Numbered from the whole stretch's first letter, positions 13,212-25,880 are shown. The stretch is DNA of 63,188 nt, filler included, from Neolecta irregularis DAH-3 (GCA_001929475.1; 10 parts of 10 records of this genome joined end to end with filler, not necessarily neighbours in it), one strand, 5' to 3'. A program made the numbers and translations. The notes: a model not told the origin generated them from the letters alone.

Positions 13212-14818
13212 CTATACAGAAATCGTTTTGAAAACTACGAGTCAGTCGATTTCACAAAGCAGGAGCGAACCATTGAACCCAGACAACGCAGTAGTAATGA
13301 CAGTTCCAGGAATCTGAGGATGCCAATGTACTTCCTTGATAGATTCCTGGCCCTGATGTATAAACATGAGCTGGTTAGGAATCTCTGCTCCATTTCGAGC
13401 CATTTCCTTGCGACTAGCTTCCTCCTCTTCGTCCAACTCGACTGATAAATCCCATAAAGTCACCTGATCGTCGGCGCCTGAAACAGCTATCACACTGTCT
13501 TCAGTTGGATGCCATTCAATCGAAGTGATCGGCGCTGTGTGCCATTTGAAACTCGCTACCGGACTTGGATTTTCCCTGACTTTAGCATCGATCAGGTAGA
13601 TTCGGTGAATACCCTTTAAAGTTCCTCAAATCCCAGACACTCCACGCACCATCGTCCGCCCCACTGGCTAACAGGTAACTAACCTTTTTATTCCAGCTGA
13701 GGACATTCACGTCCGTCCCCGGATGCGCGGTAACACTCAATGCAAAAGACCTCTTCTTATTCCTTACATCCCAAACCTTTATCGTGGAATCGCTACTTGA
13801 GCTTGCAAAGACGGACTTCTCAGACGGCGACCATTGCAAATCTTCGACGGAGCCAGCGTGTCCAAAGAAGGCCTTCTCTGTAGTCCAACTTGCCTCTTCT
13901 CTGCTTGTAATATATATTTTGGAGTCGTTATCCCCTGTGGCTAGTTTTCCTGGCACTAGACCCGACCAATCCATAGCGTAGCCTTCTGTCTTGTGATTCG
14001 AAATGATGTGGATCGGTTTATTGTTTTCCGGATGGATGACAGTTCCAGGAACATCGAATGAAGAGACGTGCGTTGCGATGTCATAGATATAGACTTTTCC
14101 AGTCTCGTTCCACGTTGAAACCAACGTGCCATGATGATAATGTGGTGATACACGAACCCTATTTGTGCCTCCGTTGATGGGAATTGTACGGCTTTCAAGA
14201 AGCGAGTCTTCATCTATGTTTGAATCGTCTGATATATCAGACGCATCTAAGCTGATCAGTAAACAACACTATACCCATTTTACCGTCATCAATATGTGTC
14301 TTATAGAGCTGTGATAATTTTAGTATTGTAAGTTGATTGTTTTTCGTGATATCTGCTTGTGATCCCGTAACGAAATAGACTGTCTGCGGAAATGTCTGGC
14401 GCTCTTCGCCCAGATTATCCCGAATAACGTCAAAACTTAACGAAGGCCATGTTACATTGACCGAATGTAACAGTTCGTACGCAGACTGATCTGCCTCGAG
14501 GACTTCATTTTCGCCTAGTGGGCGGGAGGGTAGGTAAACGTTTGATGCGTTTGGTTCGAGTGGCATATCTTTTTCATCGTCTAACTTGTTTCAGCTCTCT
14601 TTTGTGAAATGGAAAAGACCTTGTTGTAAAAGTTCGTCGTCGTTATCATCGTCTCCTGCTATAACGATTTCCTCGTCGCTTTCAAGGTCATCTCCCCAGA
14701 CATCTTCAAATTCTCCCATTTCATGTTCCAGTGTTCCGATCATGTCGACATCGTCAACCTGGCGTTCACCGTCCTTTAGAGGCTGGGATGGCGAATCCTC
14801 GCCTGTTCTTTTGACCAT
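13212..14818 (-). CDS. RRB1: WD40 ribosome-assembly protein Rrb1/GRWD1
   Basis: Acidic N-terminus, AYELLHSVNVTWPSLSFD, GHAGSVEDLQWSPSE, QLMFIHQGQESIKEVHWHPQIPG, spliced C-terminus GFN|VFKTISV*. Confidence 0.93.
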
Positions 14819-14844
14819 GTATGAAAATTCGATTTTTAATGCAC

Positions 14845-14854
14845 TGAAAATTTT
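14845..14854. promoter_or_regulatory. RRPE-like element TGAAAATTTT upstream of RRB1
   Basis: Matches the ribosome-biogenesis RRPE consensus, ~27 bp upstream of the ATG of a ribosome-biogenesis gene. Confidence 0.45.
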
Positions 14855-15016
14855 AGAGGCCTGATTATTAAATCTGTGGCGTCCTCAACACGCGCCGGGT
14901 TTGAGCTGGGTTCGCGTGGATACATGATAACATCCATCAATATGTAAGATTTCCTGAACCATTGATGTATAGATTATGACCTACTAGTTCTTCTTTCGAG
15001 AAATCTTGAGCTAATA

Positions 15017-16261
15017 ATGATAAACGAGTCGCTGGTGGCGGTTTTGACTAGTACCAAGTCAACCACCTTAAATCTTTTCGAAATGTCCCGGCGATTAAGT
15101 ATGACGATCGAACAGGTCTCTGTAGATCCTGCCGTGCCATATACTCCTATTGACGACTTTCCGAAACGACTCCAGGTCAAGCATGGATCATTACCGAAAA
15201 ATCTGGGGATTCGACCTTGGCAACGATACCGATCTCTTGCTCGTCGAAAATCGTGGAGTATTAACTCCCGTGGAGAAAATGGGACTGACCCGGATGCAGT
15301 ACCGCCTTTGACAGCTTTATCAATTATGTTTGGGCTGTATCTGCTCAATCCTACATCACATAATCCGATCCATCGTGCTCTCTTTGTCTCCTATCCTGTG
15401 TCTAATAAGGGATATTCAAAAGGTCTACATGATATAACCTTTGTCATCTTCTACATCATAGTTTTCAGTGCATTTCGAGAATTCGTGATGCACGAAATTC
15501 TCAAGCCCTTGGCGAAATTAAACGGCCTACGGAATCCGGCCAAAGTCTTGCGGTTTATGGAACAAGGGTACTCGCTTGTATACTTTAGTCTGAGCACTGC
15601 CTTTGGTCTTTACAACATGTACGGCACAGATTTGTGGTACTTTCACACCCGCGCGTTTTTCGAAGAGTATCCTCACAAGATTCTTCCGGGGGCGTTTAAA
15701 GTCTATTACTTGTTACAGGCAGCCTATTGGGTTCAACAAATTGTGATCCTGATTCTTCAAATAGAACGACCTAGAAAAGATTTCAAGGAATTCACACTTC
15801 ATCACATCGTTACCTGTATGTTAGTGATTGGGAGCTACATGCTTCATTTTACCCATATGGGATTGGCTGTTTTCATTACAATGGATTCGTCTGATGTTTT
15901 TCTTTCAGTATGGCATCTTTTACATGGAGCTAATTGTCAGTTAAGTAAACTGCTAAACTATGTGAAATCGAGGTTCCTTGCACCGGTATTTGTGGTGTTT
16001 GTGTTGGAGTGGATCTACGCGCGTCATTACCTGTCGGTGCGGCTACTGATCTGCACGGTGACTGAATTTCTTTCGATTGGGCCAAATATGCTCGACTGGG
16101 ATGCAGGGTTGTACAAGTCATGGCTGTCGCAGAGTGCGTGTTTTTCGCTGCTGTTGACTTTGCAACTGGTGAATTACTACTGGTTGGGACTGATTTTGAG
16201 AATCGCATATAGGTATGCTTTCAAGAATATTGCGCGGGACGACCGGAGTGAAGATGAGTAA
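15017..16261 (+). CDS. LAG1: Ceramide synthase LAG1/LAC1 family (TLC domain)
   Basis: RFMEQGYSLVYF, Lag1 motif ERPRKDFKEFTLHHIVT, MDSSDVFLS, C-terminal DDRSEDE; probable 33-nt in-frame intron 15908-15940; start may be 15083. Confidence 0.9.
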   Translation: MINESLVAVLTSTKSTTLNLFEMSRRLSMTIEQVSVDPAVPYTPIDDFPKRLQVKHGSLPKNLGIRPWQRYRSLARRKSWSINSRGENGTDPDAVPPLTALSIMFGLYLLNPTSHNPIHRALFVSYPVSNKGYSKGLHDITFVIFYIIVFSAFREFVMHEILKPLAKLNGLRNPAKVLRFMEQGYSLVYFSLSTAFGLYNMYGTDLWYFHTRAFFEEYPHKILPGAFKVYYLLQAAYWVQQIVILILQIERPRKDFKEFTLHHIVTCMLVIGSYMLHFTHMGLAVFITMDSSDVFLSVWHLLHGANCQLSKLLNYVKSRFLAPVFVVFVLEWIYARHYLSVRLLICTVTEFLSIGPNMLDWDAGLYKSWLSQSACFSLLLTLQLVNYYWLGLILRIAYRYAFKNIARDDRSEDE

Positions 16262-16477
16262 GGTCCCGGAGTTGTATTGTGTATCTGATCTTTAGGGAGA
16301 AAGAAGAGTAGTTGATTTGTTGCGACACCCGAGTCTGAAGCGGTAGCGTTGCATGGTAATGTTTAAAAGCGGGACACTGTCGGGATGGCGGCATTCAAAT
16401 CTAGGCCGGGTTTTTACTGCGGGCTGTGTCCATTGCTATTGTTTTAATGTGTCTGTTTTTTCTGTATGAGATCGGAA

Positions 16478-16577
16478 NNNNNNNNNNNNNNNNNNNNNNN
16501 NNNNNNNNNNNNNNNNNNNNNTTAATTAATTAANNNNNNNNNNNNNNNNNNNNNNNNNNNNNNNNNNNNNNNNNNNN
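16478..16577. other. Assembly gap with synthetic linker (first of nine; others at 18160, 29515, 31321, 36968, 38117, 59295, 60483, 61878)
   Basis: 44 N + TTAATTAATTAA (stop codons in all six frames) + 44 N, identical at every gap. Confidence 0.97.
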
Positions 16578-16892
16578 ACTTAACAACCTATAGGTCCTTT
16601 GCCTTTTACGCTCTTTGACCCATTCAAGCTGGTCGACTTGTACTTCGAGCTCGTGAATTCGAGATTCATGGGATGACATGAGTAGTTGATTCTGGCGTTC
16701 TGACTCTATAAGTCATTTTGCGAGATCGATTTACTGCCGCGCGAACAGGACAGGCAGGAGTGGCGGACGGGAGGGACTTGGGGTTATTGAGACTGGCTAG
16801 TGAGGCGGGCAGGCAAGGCGGGTAGGATGGCAGATAGGGATGATGCAGTTGAGGGGAAGGGTTGCCCAAATAGTATTGTCTAGCATTACGTG

Positions 16893-17007
16893 AAAAAGCC
16901 CGTTTCGGCCGATGGGTCGGGCTTTTATCTGGGCCCTGCCAATGGGCTGGCTAAGCCCGCGGGCTTTTCATGGGCCGGGCTAAGCTCACGGCCCGTCCCC
17001 ATCACTA
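16893..17007. mobile_element. hAT-like DNA transposon/MITE end with GGGCT/AGCCC subterminal repeats
   Basis: Dense agccc/gggct/ggccc motifs in both orientations ending in CCCCATCACTA (reverse complement TAGTGATGGGG, hAT-like terminus). Confidence 0.5.
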
Positions 17008-17193
17008 TGATGGCCTGAGAAGTAGCAGCACCATTCTTCCTTATTACTAAACCTCATATTTGTCCCTTCGTTCGTCAGACGACCAAGGAAATTGCTGCTA
17101 ACGGAACTATGTCGGACTTCAGGGCTATTATATAAGGGTGTTTTGGTAGTCATCTCTATAAGACACCTTTGACCGGCATCCTTCTCGTCACCA

Positions 17194-17697
17194 ATGAAAT
17201 TTTCCGTTCTTCTTGTTGTCTTGCCCTTTGTCGAATCAGGCCATACATTATACAGACTATTTACAGACTACGCCGATATCCGATCGACAGGCGACCCATC
17301 GACAAGGCTTGGTCTTGTGAAAAATACAGACTTTGACGATGCATACTGGTTAGAGGAGCAAAAGGATACTCAAGACCTATTTTACTTTGAGGGTAATGGG
17401 CTTGTGAAGTTCGAAAAAGGGCAACACAGCAATAAGATGTGGGGACATCTCAATATGGTATCGGATACGAACGCTTTTCTTTTGTTTTCCAATCCCCAAC
17501 AAAAGGACTTGCAGACGACTCCGGTAGACTTCCAGCCCATTCCACTAATTCATGGCGGAAGTTACCTCTCAGTCAATAATCAGGCCGATTTTATGTTATG
17601 TGATGGTGACCGCGTTTTCCGCGTTTACACAGCTTCGACCAACATGGCTTGTGGTTTTACCAAGATAAAAATGGAAATCGATAGCGTCCAGAATTGA
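17194..17697 (+). CDS. Putative small secreted protein (167 aa), unknown function
   Basis: Single-exon ATG ORF with signal-peptide-like MKFSVLLVVLPFVESG, TATA-like TATATAAG ~65 bp upstream, two C-terminal Cys. Confidence 0.7.
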   Translation: MKFSVLLVVLPFVESGHTLYRLFTDYADIRSTGDPSTRLGLVKNTDFDDAYWLEEQKDTQDLFYFEGNGLVKFEKGQHSNKMWGHLNMVSDTNAFLLFSNPQQKDLQTTPVDFQPIPLIHGGSYLSVNNQADFMLCDGDRVFRVYTASTNMACGFTKIKMEIDSVQN

Positions 17698-18295
17698 AAA
17701 AGAGTTATCGTCGTGGTTTAGTTCTGAATTGTGGTATATGTCGAGATGGAGAACAGAGATTATATTTGTAGAAGCAGGTTCTTTTAGTGGATGTCCAGAT
17801 TGAGAATAAAGATTATATTTGTTGAAGGAGGAGGCGGGCGTGGTCCCGAGGTGAGGCAAGTGCTTTCGCCGCCAGTCATGATGAGGGCGTTGCGGCAGTC
17901 GTGCAGGTGCTGGGCTGAGGAGTCTTGCAGTGTTGAGTGGGCGGCTGGTAGTGACACATTGGATCCTGAAGTCGGACTTGAAGCCCTGGATCATCTGCGA
18001 TTCCAGTGAATTCGGGGAATGTTCCACCAAAAACAGCACAATCCCTCAGATGAACGGTGCATTGCAATCAAAGAAGGCCTACTCGAACTCAATGCCTCAG
18101 ATGAACGGTGCATTTGTGTTTTGTCAGTTCTGATCAATAGAGGAATCGATGTGGTACGGNNNNNNNNNNNNNNNNNNNNNNNNNNNNNNNNNNNNNNNNN
18201 NNNTTAATTAATTAANNNNNNNNNNNNNNNNNNNNNNNNNNNNNNNNNNNNNNNNNNNNTTTTTAATATTCTTTTTATCGCAGATTAATATTTGT

Positions 18296-19010
18296 TAGTG
18301 TTCTACTTGTGGAGCTGTAGATAGTCATCCGACTACACGCTGTCCTACTGTTATTAAATGCCGCAACTGCGGAAAATTAGGCCATTTACAAAATGTATTG
18401 TCCCCTACATTTTTTGTTTTTTATTTTATTTCTAAGGTGAGGAGGTTTGTAGGGAGCCGGTGCGTCGATATGGATTTAATTGTAGGAAATGTAATTCAAC
18501 GAATCATAACGCAGATGTATCTCGTCTTTTTTATTTTCAGAATTAATTATGGTGCAGGCATGTCCGTTGATTTGGCGGGTATACATACCTGTCGACAAGC
18601 CGCCTCGGGATTTCAAGTTACCTATATTCTGCTACAATTGCGCTTCGTCGACGCATTATGGAGATAATTGTCCTTTTCCAAGTCGACATCGACGGGATGG
18701 GGTATCGGCGTTTAATCTTGCCAACGCGCCTATCTCCAGGGAAGAAGAATCTAGACTTGAAAAGGCGGATAGAATTGCTGTTGCGAAAAGGAGGGAAAGC
18801 CGACGTGGGGAAGAACAAGATGATTGGTTTTCTAGACGGGAGAGGGATAAGAAACGGGGTTTATGGGATCGGGTGCCTAAAGAACGACCACCGGTACCCA
18901 GGGAATCGCCGCGGGAAGGATTGTTTGGTGGATTTCGAAGAGGGCGGAACTCGAGTCGAGATGAGAGGCCGGGATCTTCTAGGTTTCGTGCAAGTGGACA
19001 TAATAGGTGA
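18296..19010 (+). CDS. AIR1: Zinc-knuckle TRAMP subunit Air1/Air2-like, 5' end lost in gap
   Basis: Serial CCHC knuckles CSTCGAVDSHPTTRC, CRNCGKLGH, CRKCNSTNH, the Air-typical CPLIWRVY, and CYNCASSTHYGDNC. Confidence 0.8.
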
Positions 19011-19020
19011 TCGTTAATAT

Positions 19021-20139
19021 TTACATCCATGTCACTTTCCAATGTATCTTTTTCCCGCTCCTAAACGGTACAACTTCACATTCCCCTTCTCCATACGAAT
19101 CGGGAATAACACCTTCCTCTCTAGTTAATATAATCTTTTCTTGCGTCGAGGGCAAGCCGTAAAAGTCCCGGCCAAAAGTGGATATAAACCCCTCCAACAT
19201 ATCCAATTTCCCTTCCCGCTCAAATATCTCGGCAAGATAAGTCAACACCAAAGGCTGTGTAAACACCCCAGCAGCAACCATCCCGCCATTCTTGACATCT
19301 TTAAACCCTTTATAATGAGGCGCAGAATCACTCCCCAGAAAAAACTTTTTATTCCCACTTGTAGCTATTGAAATCAACGACTCGCGGTCCCTCGATAATT
19401 TAGCAACCGGCTTACAATATGAATGTGGATCTTCAATCCAATCGTCAAGTGTAAGATATAAATGATGAGGTGTAATTGTTCCCACCACCCTCTCTCCACA
19501 TTTCAAAATAGCTTCAACAGCAGCTTTAGTACTACAATGTTCAAAAACAATACCCAACCCCGGAAACCGAAAATGCAAATCATGCAATATCGGCAAAAAT
19601 GATTCTTCCGCATTGAAAATTGTCGTTGAAGACGATTGAGCTAGTTCCCCATGAAGATTTAATATCAGATTATGTCGTTCCATTTCTGCTAGAATAGGAT
19701 AATATTGTTCGTATGACGATACCCCGAATTCTGAATTCGTAGTTACTCCTCGTGGATATGATTTTATTCCTACACTATTAACCCCAAAAATTACCCCAAA
19801 AAGAGTTGCAGACCTACTATTCCATTTTCCTTTGCCTTGCGAATTTCTTCAATGGAGAGACTTTCAGAGAGATATAAAGTCATTAAATACGTCACGTTGG
19901 GCTCTATTTGTAGTAACTGCGCTTTATATTGTAATGCTGCGTCCACGGTAGTTATAGCCGGATTTAAATTCGGCTAAAAACGGGGACGAATAAGGGCTGG
20001 GTAAAAAGGGCATACGAACCATCACGTAGACTGTGTTTACGCCGCCTTGGCGGATTAATGGGACCACTGTTTGCATCATTGCTTCTTGTCGTAAATGGAC
20101 GTGGAAATCGGCGGCTGCTGGAAGAATAATTTGTGTCAT
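19021..20139 (-). CDS. URA4: Dihydroorotase (class II, URA4-type), multi-exon
   Basis: ADFHVHLRQ, YVMPN, KSYPRGVTTNS, LNLHGE, EHCSTKAAV, TITPHHL, CKPVAK, FFLGSDSAPH. Confidence 0.95.
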
Positions 20140-20762
20140 TTGGTAAATGGGTTGGTTACGTCAAAGCAATCGGTAATCCTGGCTAACACTGCTGAATTTT
20201 GGAATTTGGAGAAAATAAATAAATAGAGGTATGGCTTGCAGATTTTCCAATATTTACAACGATTTGTTACTTTTGTTGCATGCAAGTTGTAGCTTAAGCT
20301 TTGTAAGGGTTTCTGTAATATATTGGCTGTTATTGGATGAGTGCAGTGTTATTGGGCTTCTAGATCTTGGACATAGTACAATTGTCTTTCTAAAAAGAGG
20401 GGAAATGGGCCCCCTTTTATAGTCATTGCTGGTAAGGCAGGTCTACAGGTCAATTGGGGAGAAACAATGAAAGACAAGGCAGAGACAAGGCAGAGAGTGC
20501 AACCTGTGTGAAAAGTGGCATCCCCAGACTTCTCAAGCTATTGTAGTAATTGAGTTAAGCTGAGACGAGATGAAGGCAGCTTGAGGGCATGAAGACACCC
20601 TGGAGCTGTCTCATAAGCAGACATATATGGGGTAGAAAGTAGGACATGGGATAGGAAAGTGTTCAGAACAAGGGTAAATTTCTCTGGCTCCACAGCATTC
20701 TGCTTCTGCAATGACAATGATCTTCACACAAACAGTCCAAAAAGTCCCAATTCTAAACAGAA

Positions 20763-23714
20763 TTATCCCTTCAGATACTGTGTGATGGCATGCATCCTAT
20801 CCACAATGACTGGAAACCAAGCCCTAACACTGTTCTCGATCAAATTTTCGAAAATCTGAATCGCTATCTCATCACTTTCCTCAAGACAGAACTTCTCTTT
20901 AACTTTTAGAACGGCTTTGTCCGGCTCAATCTTTATATCAGGGATGTTCGCATCAACCATTAATGCGAATAGGTTTAGTATCAGGTTTGCAGATTTTCGC
21001 AATGTAGTAAAAGCGGTGAAACAATATGATTTAAATTGTAAGTAATAAGGCGACGATGCACCGCCCATACCTTCTACCATTTCCTTGCAGAGTTTCATCT
21101 GTGGGGCGAAAGGTTTAGGATCTCGACCGAGAATAAATCCAAAATCGATATGAAAGAAATGACCATCTGGAGATAGAAGGAGATTATCAAGGTGGCGATC
21201 ACCAACGCCGAGTAGGTACGTGATAACACAATACCCAGCTTGACCATTAGTCAAGAGTGCCTAGTACAGGATATACCGCAGCTTTTCACGTAATTATCCA
21301 TGACTTCTGGCTTGATCCCAAAAGTGCTTTTATCGCCCCCAGGATTGTGAGCCTTCAAATATGCCAATACACTTCCGTTATGCTCTGCGAGCAGCCCTGC
21401 TAATGGTGTACTTTCAATGAACTGAGCAGCTCCTTGTTTGGATTCGGTAGCGAGAGTCTTGTAGGGCGTGAGTTTAAGGTCGAGATTTTCTTTCCGAAGA
21501 AGTTTATCCATTAAAGTGATAATTTGAATGACGAGTTGATCTTGCCGGAGGTCGTCTCCTGATTTGAAAATGATCGGATAACTTGACCCATCCTCGCATT
21601 TGAATGTGATTCGAAGGGGCATGAGGCTACTTTTGAAGACAGATGATGAATCGAACAATCAGAAGGAGATTTCTGGACAAGCGTACCTGGTTCGATTCCG
21701 ACGATTTTGACCCTTGCGTCTAGAAACAATGGAACAGGCTCAAATTGGAGAAGATTATTAGAAGCTTCCGAAAGGAATTTTCTCAGCCTCTCAATCTTCT
21801 TTGGTCTCGGTTCTTTGGATTGCTGAAGTTGTCTCGATATTGAACCAAGGGCAGATACGATTTCAGCTTGTCTTTTGAAGATGTTTCGTCTCCGAAGGCC
21901 ATCTGGAGTCTAACCAGGTAGGAAAATACCAGGAGATCTCATACCTCCATCAGTAGTTTCATAAAGGTATATGCGACTTTTGCGAAAGGTTTCCCTTCAA
22001 GTTTATTCTCGCATTCGACCATAAGATACCAATGAAGGTTATTTCCAAGAACTTCATTGTCAATCGCGCGAGTAACGAGAAAGTTCGCCAACGTGGAGTC
22101 GGTAGTATCTTCAGTCTTCCGATCATCAATATGCTCAAACCTCAACGCTTGAACGAGTTGCAAAAGATATAGAGTAAGCTCCTAGAGAGTTGAATAGACT
22201 TTGCAAGTAGCACAATTACATCGTCGTCGGCCTTCTGAAGACGAATGACAGCGTATGCTCTTACCGTTGGATTAGTAAATGTTGGTCCGAGAAGTTCCAA
22301 TGCGTCATCAACATCAATTTCTGTCCATTTCGATAGGAGATCAATTGCTTGTTTAACTTCTGTATGATCGGCCCAATCAACGGCCTTGAGAAACTTTGTG
22401 AGTGACTAAGATGTTAAATCAATAGGCATGGTAGTATTTTGTTGACAACCCGTTTGTCTCGAGTTAAGTAATATCTAAATTTCCAGATAAGGTCTTTTTC
22501 TTCCGAAGTCAACTCTTGAGTGGGCGAGAAATTTAAGATGACCTAGATTTGAGAATAAACAAGAACAAGACAGATACATTAAGTTCATCTCTCATTTTCG
22601 CGTTCGGCTTCAGTTCTCTATCGACTGGTCCATTTCGATGGCTTCTGACTAGCCTTCGATGTTTTGATTCAACCGGGTTCGTCCGAGTTGCCTCTGGATC
22701 GTACACAGTAACAAGAGGGACGTTGTCAAGTGGTTTGCTGAGTCTCTGTGTACTAAGTGAGGGTTGTATAGGAGTTGAAACACGGGAGTATTCACGCTCG
22801 CTTAAGACCACAGGGAAGTTGAATCGAGGGAAGTCTATATAGAGGAAATGTTCTTCAGAGTCCTTCGCATGAAGCTACAATAATTGAGAATTTCCAAACA
22901 AGGCTTCCTTTACCTTGTGAATTTTCTCTATCTGTCGGAATGCGAGATTATCCAGCCAATCAATTTTTGGGATTTCCCCTGCTTCATGTTGTTTCATCAA
23001 CTAAAAATTACTATCTATACTTGAATATGGGCCATACCTTTTCAAGCCTATCCATCTCGTCTGTTGTATCGTAGAGATCTCCTGGTGTCTTCGATTCCAG
23101 AGATCCATCGCCCTGAACACCCAACCATAATTTTAATTTCTGTTTCCCTGTCTTCAGAGTACTACTCATCAGCTCATCATGTACTTCTCAAAAAATACAT
23201 ACAAGTCTTTATTAAACAGATTAATTGTCGTTCCGCCCAGAGGGACTATCTCTCCTTGACAACCACTCTCCCATACCGTGATAGCTAGCGCCGCTGTCGA
23301 TGGTAGGTCGGAGTATTTGATAGGTAGAACTAACCACTCGTTCCACCAAATAATTAGATAAGTTCAAGTACAAGACGTACTGCCTGCGTGATTTGAATGA
23401 TTTATAAGCAGTTTGATATGGCAAAGTTAGCGGCCGCTCGTCGACATGTAGTTGGACAGTTATATGACATTCGGAATAAGGACTATCATCTCCTTAATAG
23501 AGGGAGTTATCGGGGCATGATTACTTTGTGTTTGATGCTTTTAGTTTTAACGACGGATTCTTATAAAGTTCGGATGACGAGGGTGACTTTTTATGACCAT
23601 CCAAAGAAACACTGGATCGTCAACAGCATATCGTCACTGACATGCCTACATCTTGACTTGAATCGGATAGATGAGGTCCTTCGATTCACAGAATGTATAT
23701 GTTAAATTATCCAT
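20763..23714 (-). CDS. VPS34: Class III phosphatidylinositol 3-kinase Vps34, multi-exon
   Basis: C2 N-terminus, [78 protein letters not shown]. Confidence 0.96.
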
Positions 23715-23948
23715 TGACTATAGGATATCTTCGGTAACGTGCCCGTCTAATGTGTGGAGGTTGAATAATGTTGATTGGCGTGACCTGGGATTTTAATGAG
23801 CGACATCCAATTAGGGCAACAAAATCACCAGCGATTAGTAAAGTCCGCAATACAATGGATGACGTCTGCAGAAATTCTTAGGACTCTTTTAATAATCGTT
23901 CATCTGGATAGCGCAACATGCTATCTTAACCCTGATATAATTTATTAA

Positions 23949-25112
23949 TTATGGAAACCGATTGACAAGCTTGACAAGATCCTCCCATTTTTCACACCAT
24001 TCGGCCCAATTCTTCTGGCAGATTTCCAGATCTCTGAGTTCACTCGCAAATATCATCCCCTCAGGTGATATTCCAAATTGAAGAACCTCTTCCTCTCTTC
24101 TCAAAATAGAACTAGCCATTCGTTTAATCGCAACGATTGAAGCACCTCTCAATACCAGGCAGGGATCACGTTGAATGCCTAACTTACGCCAACGGAACAG
24201 ATAGAACACTATAGCTTTGATAACATCTGGCTCGCACGATATCAGGTCAAGAATGAACTCTGCCTCGTCAAGGATGTGCTGGCACGATGTAAGCAGAAGC
24301 GCAGTAACGAGGGATGTAAGGCCATAGGCATCCAAGCGATATCTGGAGTTGCTTTCCTCTTTGATATTGAATTGCCGAACTAGTTGTATTGGTGACTGGC
24401 TTGAGGTTTCTGATATACAGGACTGCGAGGTTGTCGGACTCTTCGGACTAGACTTTCCATTACGAGATAAGGCATCGAAATAGCTGACATAATTCAGGAA
24501 TAGAGATGCATCTGCATTGTTAAATAAAGATAATTCGTTGGAATAATGGGCAGTTTGCTGTGATAATACCGGGAAAGCCCTTCGTGTCGAATGTTCAACT
24601 CTCTCTTCCTTTCCACAAAACCCATGATTAACGGAAAATATCGAATATTCTGAAACTTCGCCATGATTAATGCATTGACTTGTGAATAAATTTCCATCTT
24701 CATCTTGATCATTTGCAATTAATGACTGGATGTCTCCAATACTGATTTTGAAAATGGGTGACTCTTCCTCACCACATGTTGAATTTGAATCAAAGTTGCT
24801 GCATAAATCCTCCCAGTTCGAATGCGTACTCTGAGTCTCAGATGCCTCACTTTCGTTTGAAGAGTCATTGGCGATTTCTTGGGATAATTTTCCCTCTGTT
24901 CGTACCCATGAATTTCGGATGATATTCCTCTGCTGATGCTGCGTTAACGCAGGTGTAAATGAAAAATTATTTTCGTAATTGTGTGTCCTGCGCGCGTTGA
25001 AAGGCATTGATGATACAGTCCATGACTGAACCTTTTGGCTGTTCTGCCGACTATTAACCTGAAGATATGGTGCCACTGGAAGTACATTAGGGGCTCCATC
25101 CTTATGGTTCAT
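23949..25112 (-). CDS. Hypothetical protein (387 aa ORF; Ser-rich N-terminal half, helical C-terminal domain)
   Basis: Long uninterrupted ORF with ordinary composition; no family recognised with confidence; start uncertain. Confidence 0.65.
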   Translation of the reverse strand: MNHKDGAPNVLPVAPYLQVNSRQNSQKVQSWTVSSMPFNARRTHNYENNFSFTPALTQHQQRNIIRNSWVRTEGKLSQEIANDSSNESEASETQSTHSNWEDLCSNFDSNSTCGEEESPIFKISIGDIQSLIANDQDEDGNLFTSQCINHGEVSEYSIFSVNHGFCGKEERVEHSTRRAFPVLSQQTAHYSNELSLFNNADASLFLNYVSYFDALSRNGKSSPKSPTTSQSCISETSSQSPIQLVRQFNIKEESNSRYRLDAYGLTSLVTALLLTSCQHILDEAEFILDLISCEPDVIKAIVFYLFRWRKLGIQRDPCLVLRGASIVAIKRMASSILRREEEVLQFGISPEGMIFASELRDLEICQKNWAEWCEKWEDLVKLVNRFP

Positions 25113-25640
25113 AGGAGGGGGAATTGCAGAAGTTTCTTGATCAATTGGCGAACTGCCAAGATGGATGCCGCTATTGAAGGGAAAAAGATTTCTGGTGGTG
25201 AGGCGAATCAGTGCCTATCGAATCATATCGGCAAGGCTGGCAATGACGAACTTGCCCAAGACAGCTTGAAATAAACAAAAATCCTTGGAGATTGCGGCCG
25301 CCCACGCCGATTGTAATCGACCTGGTCATGCTTATTTATTCTGCAACCATTAGGACGGGATGATAATTAACCAAATTTGACTTTCAAGAGTAAAACATCA
25401 GATATCTTGAAAATCAAAGGAAAGTATTTCTATATTGGCGGATGGATAAAATACATTAGCTATAGCACTAAGGTAAATCCATAAAAGATATCTAAGGCGA
25501 CGAGGTTCGAGGCGGATGAAGCAGTATCTTGGAAACGTGAAAAAGAATTCTAACAGAGCTAGCCGGGTGTGGTGCGGTGAGTTTCTTCCTTTGCTGCAAG
25601 TTAGTACATACCTTTACCTCCCAATGCCCGGGTTACACAG

Positions 25641-25880
25641 CTCGTTGTAGCGAGAAATAACGAGTGAATATAAGGCAACCCTAACCCTAACCCTAAGTTA
25701 TAGTTATTGTCGATTGACAATGAGACGTCATCTCCCGGAGTATATGTATCCGTAACTGAACTTGCATTCTATCCTTTTCACCAAAAAAGAAAATAACGCT
25801 ACTGAATACACTCATCAGCAGCACATTGATCTCATGTCACAATGTTGGACTTACGTAAGGATTTTCCATGTAACGAATGC
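25641..25880 (+). ncRNA. Candidate telomerase RNA core (template-like CCCTAA x3 with flanking stems)
   Basis: AACCCTAACCCTAACCCTAA at 25677-25696, 5' hairpin 25641-25664, 3' multibranch stem 25695-25763, long-range pairings 25764-25776/25857-25880; intergenic region without a long ORF. Confidence 0.45.

Noticed and set aside
16478-16577. Recurrent TTAATTAATTAA palindrome inside N runs (9 times)
   Set aside because: Synthetic scaffolding linker with stops in all frames; not biological. Adjacency across these gaps is unverified
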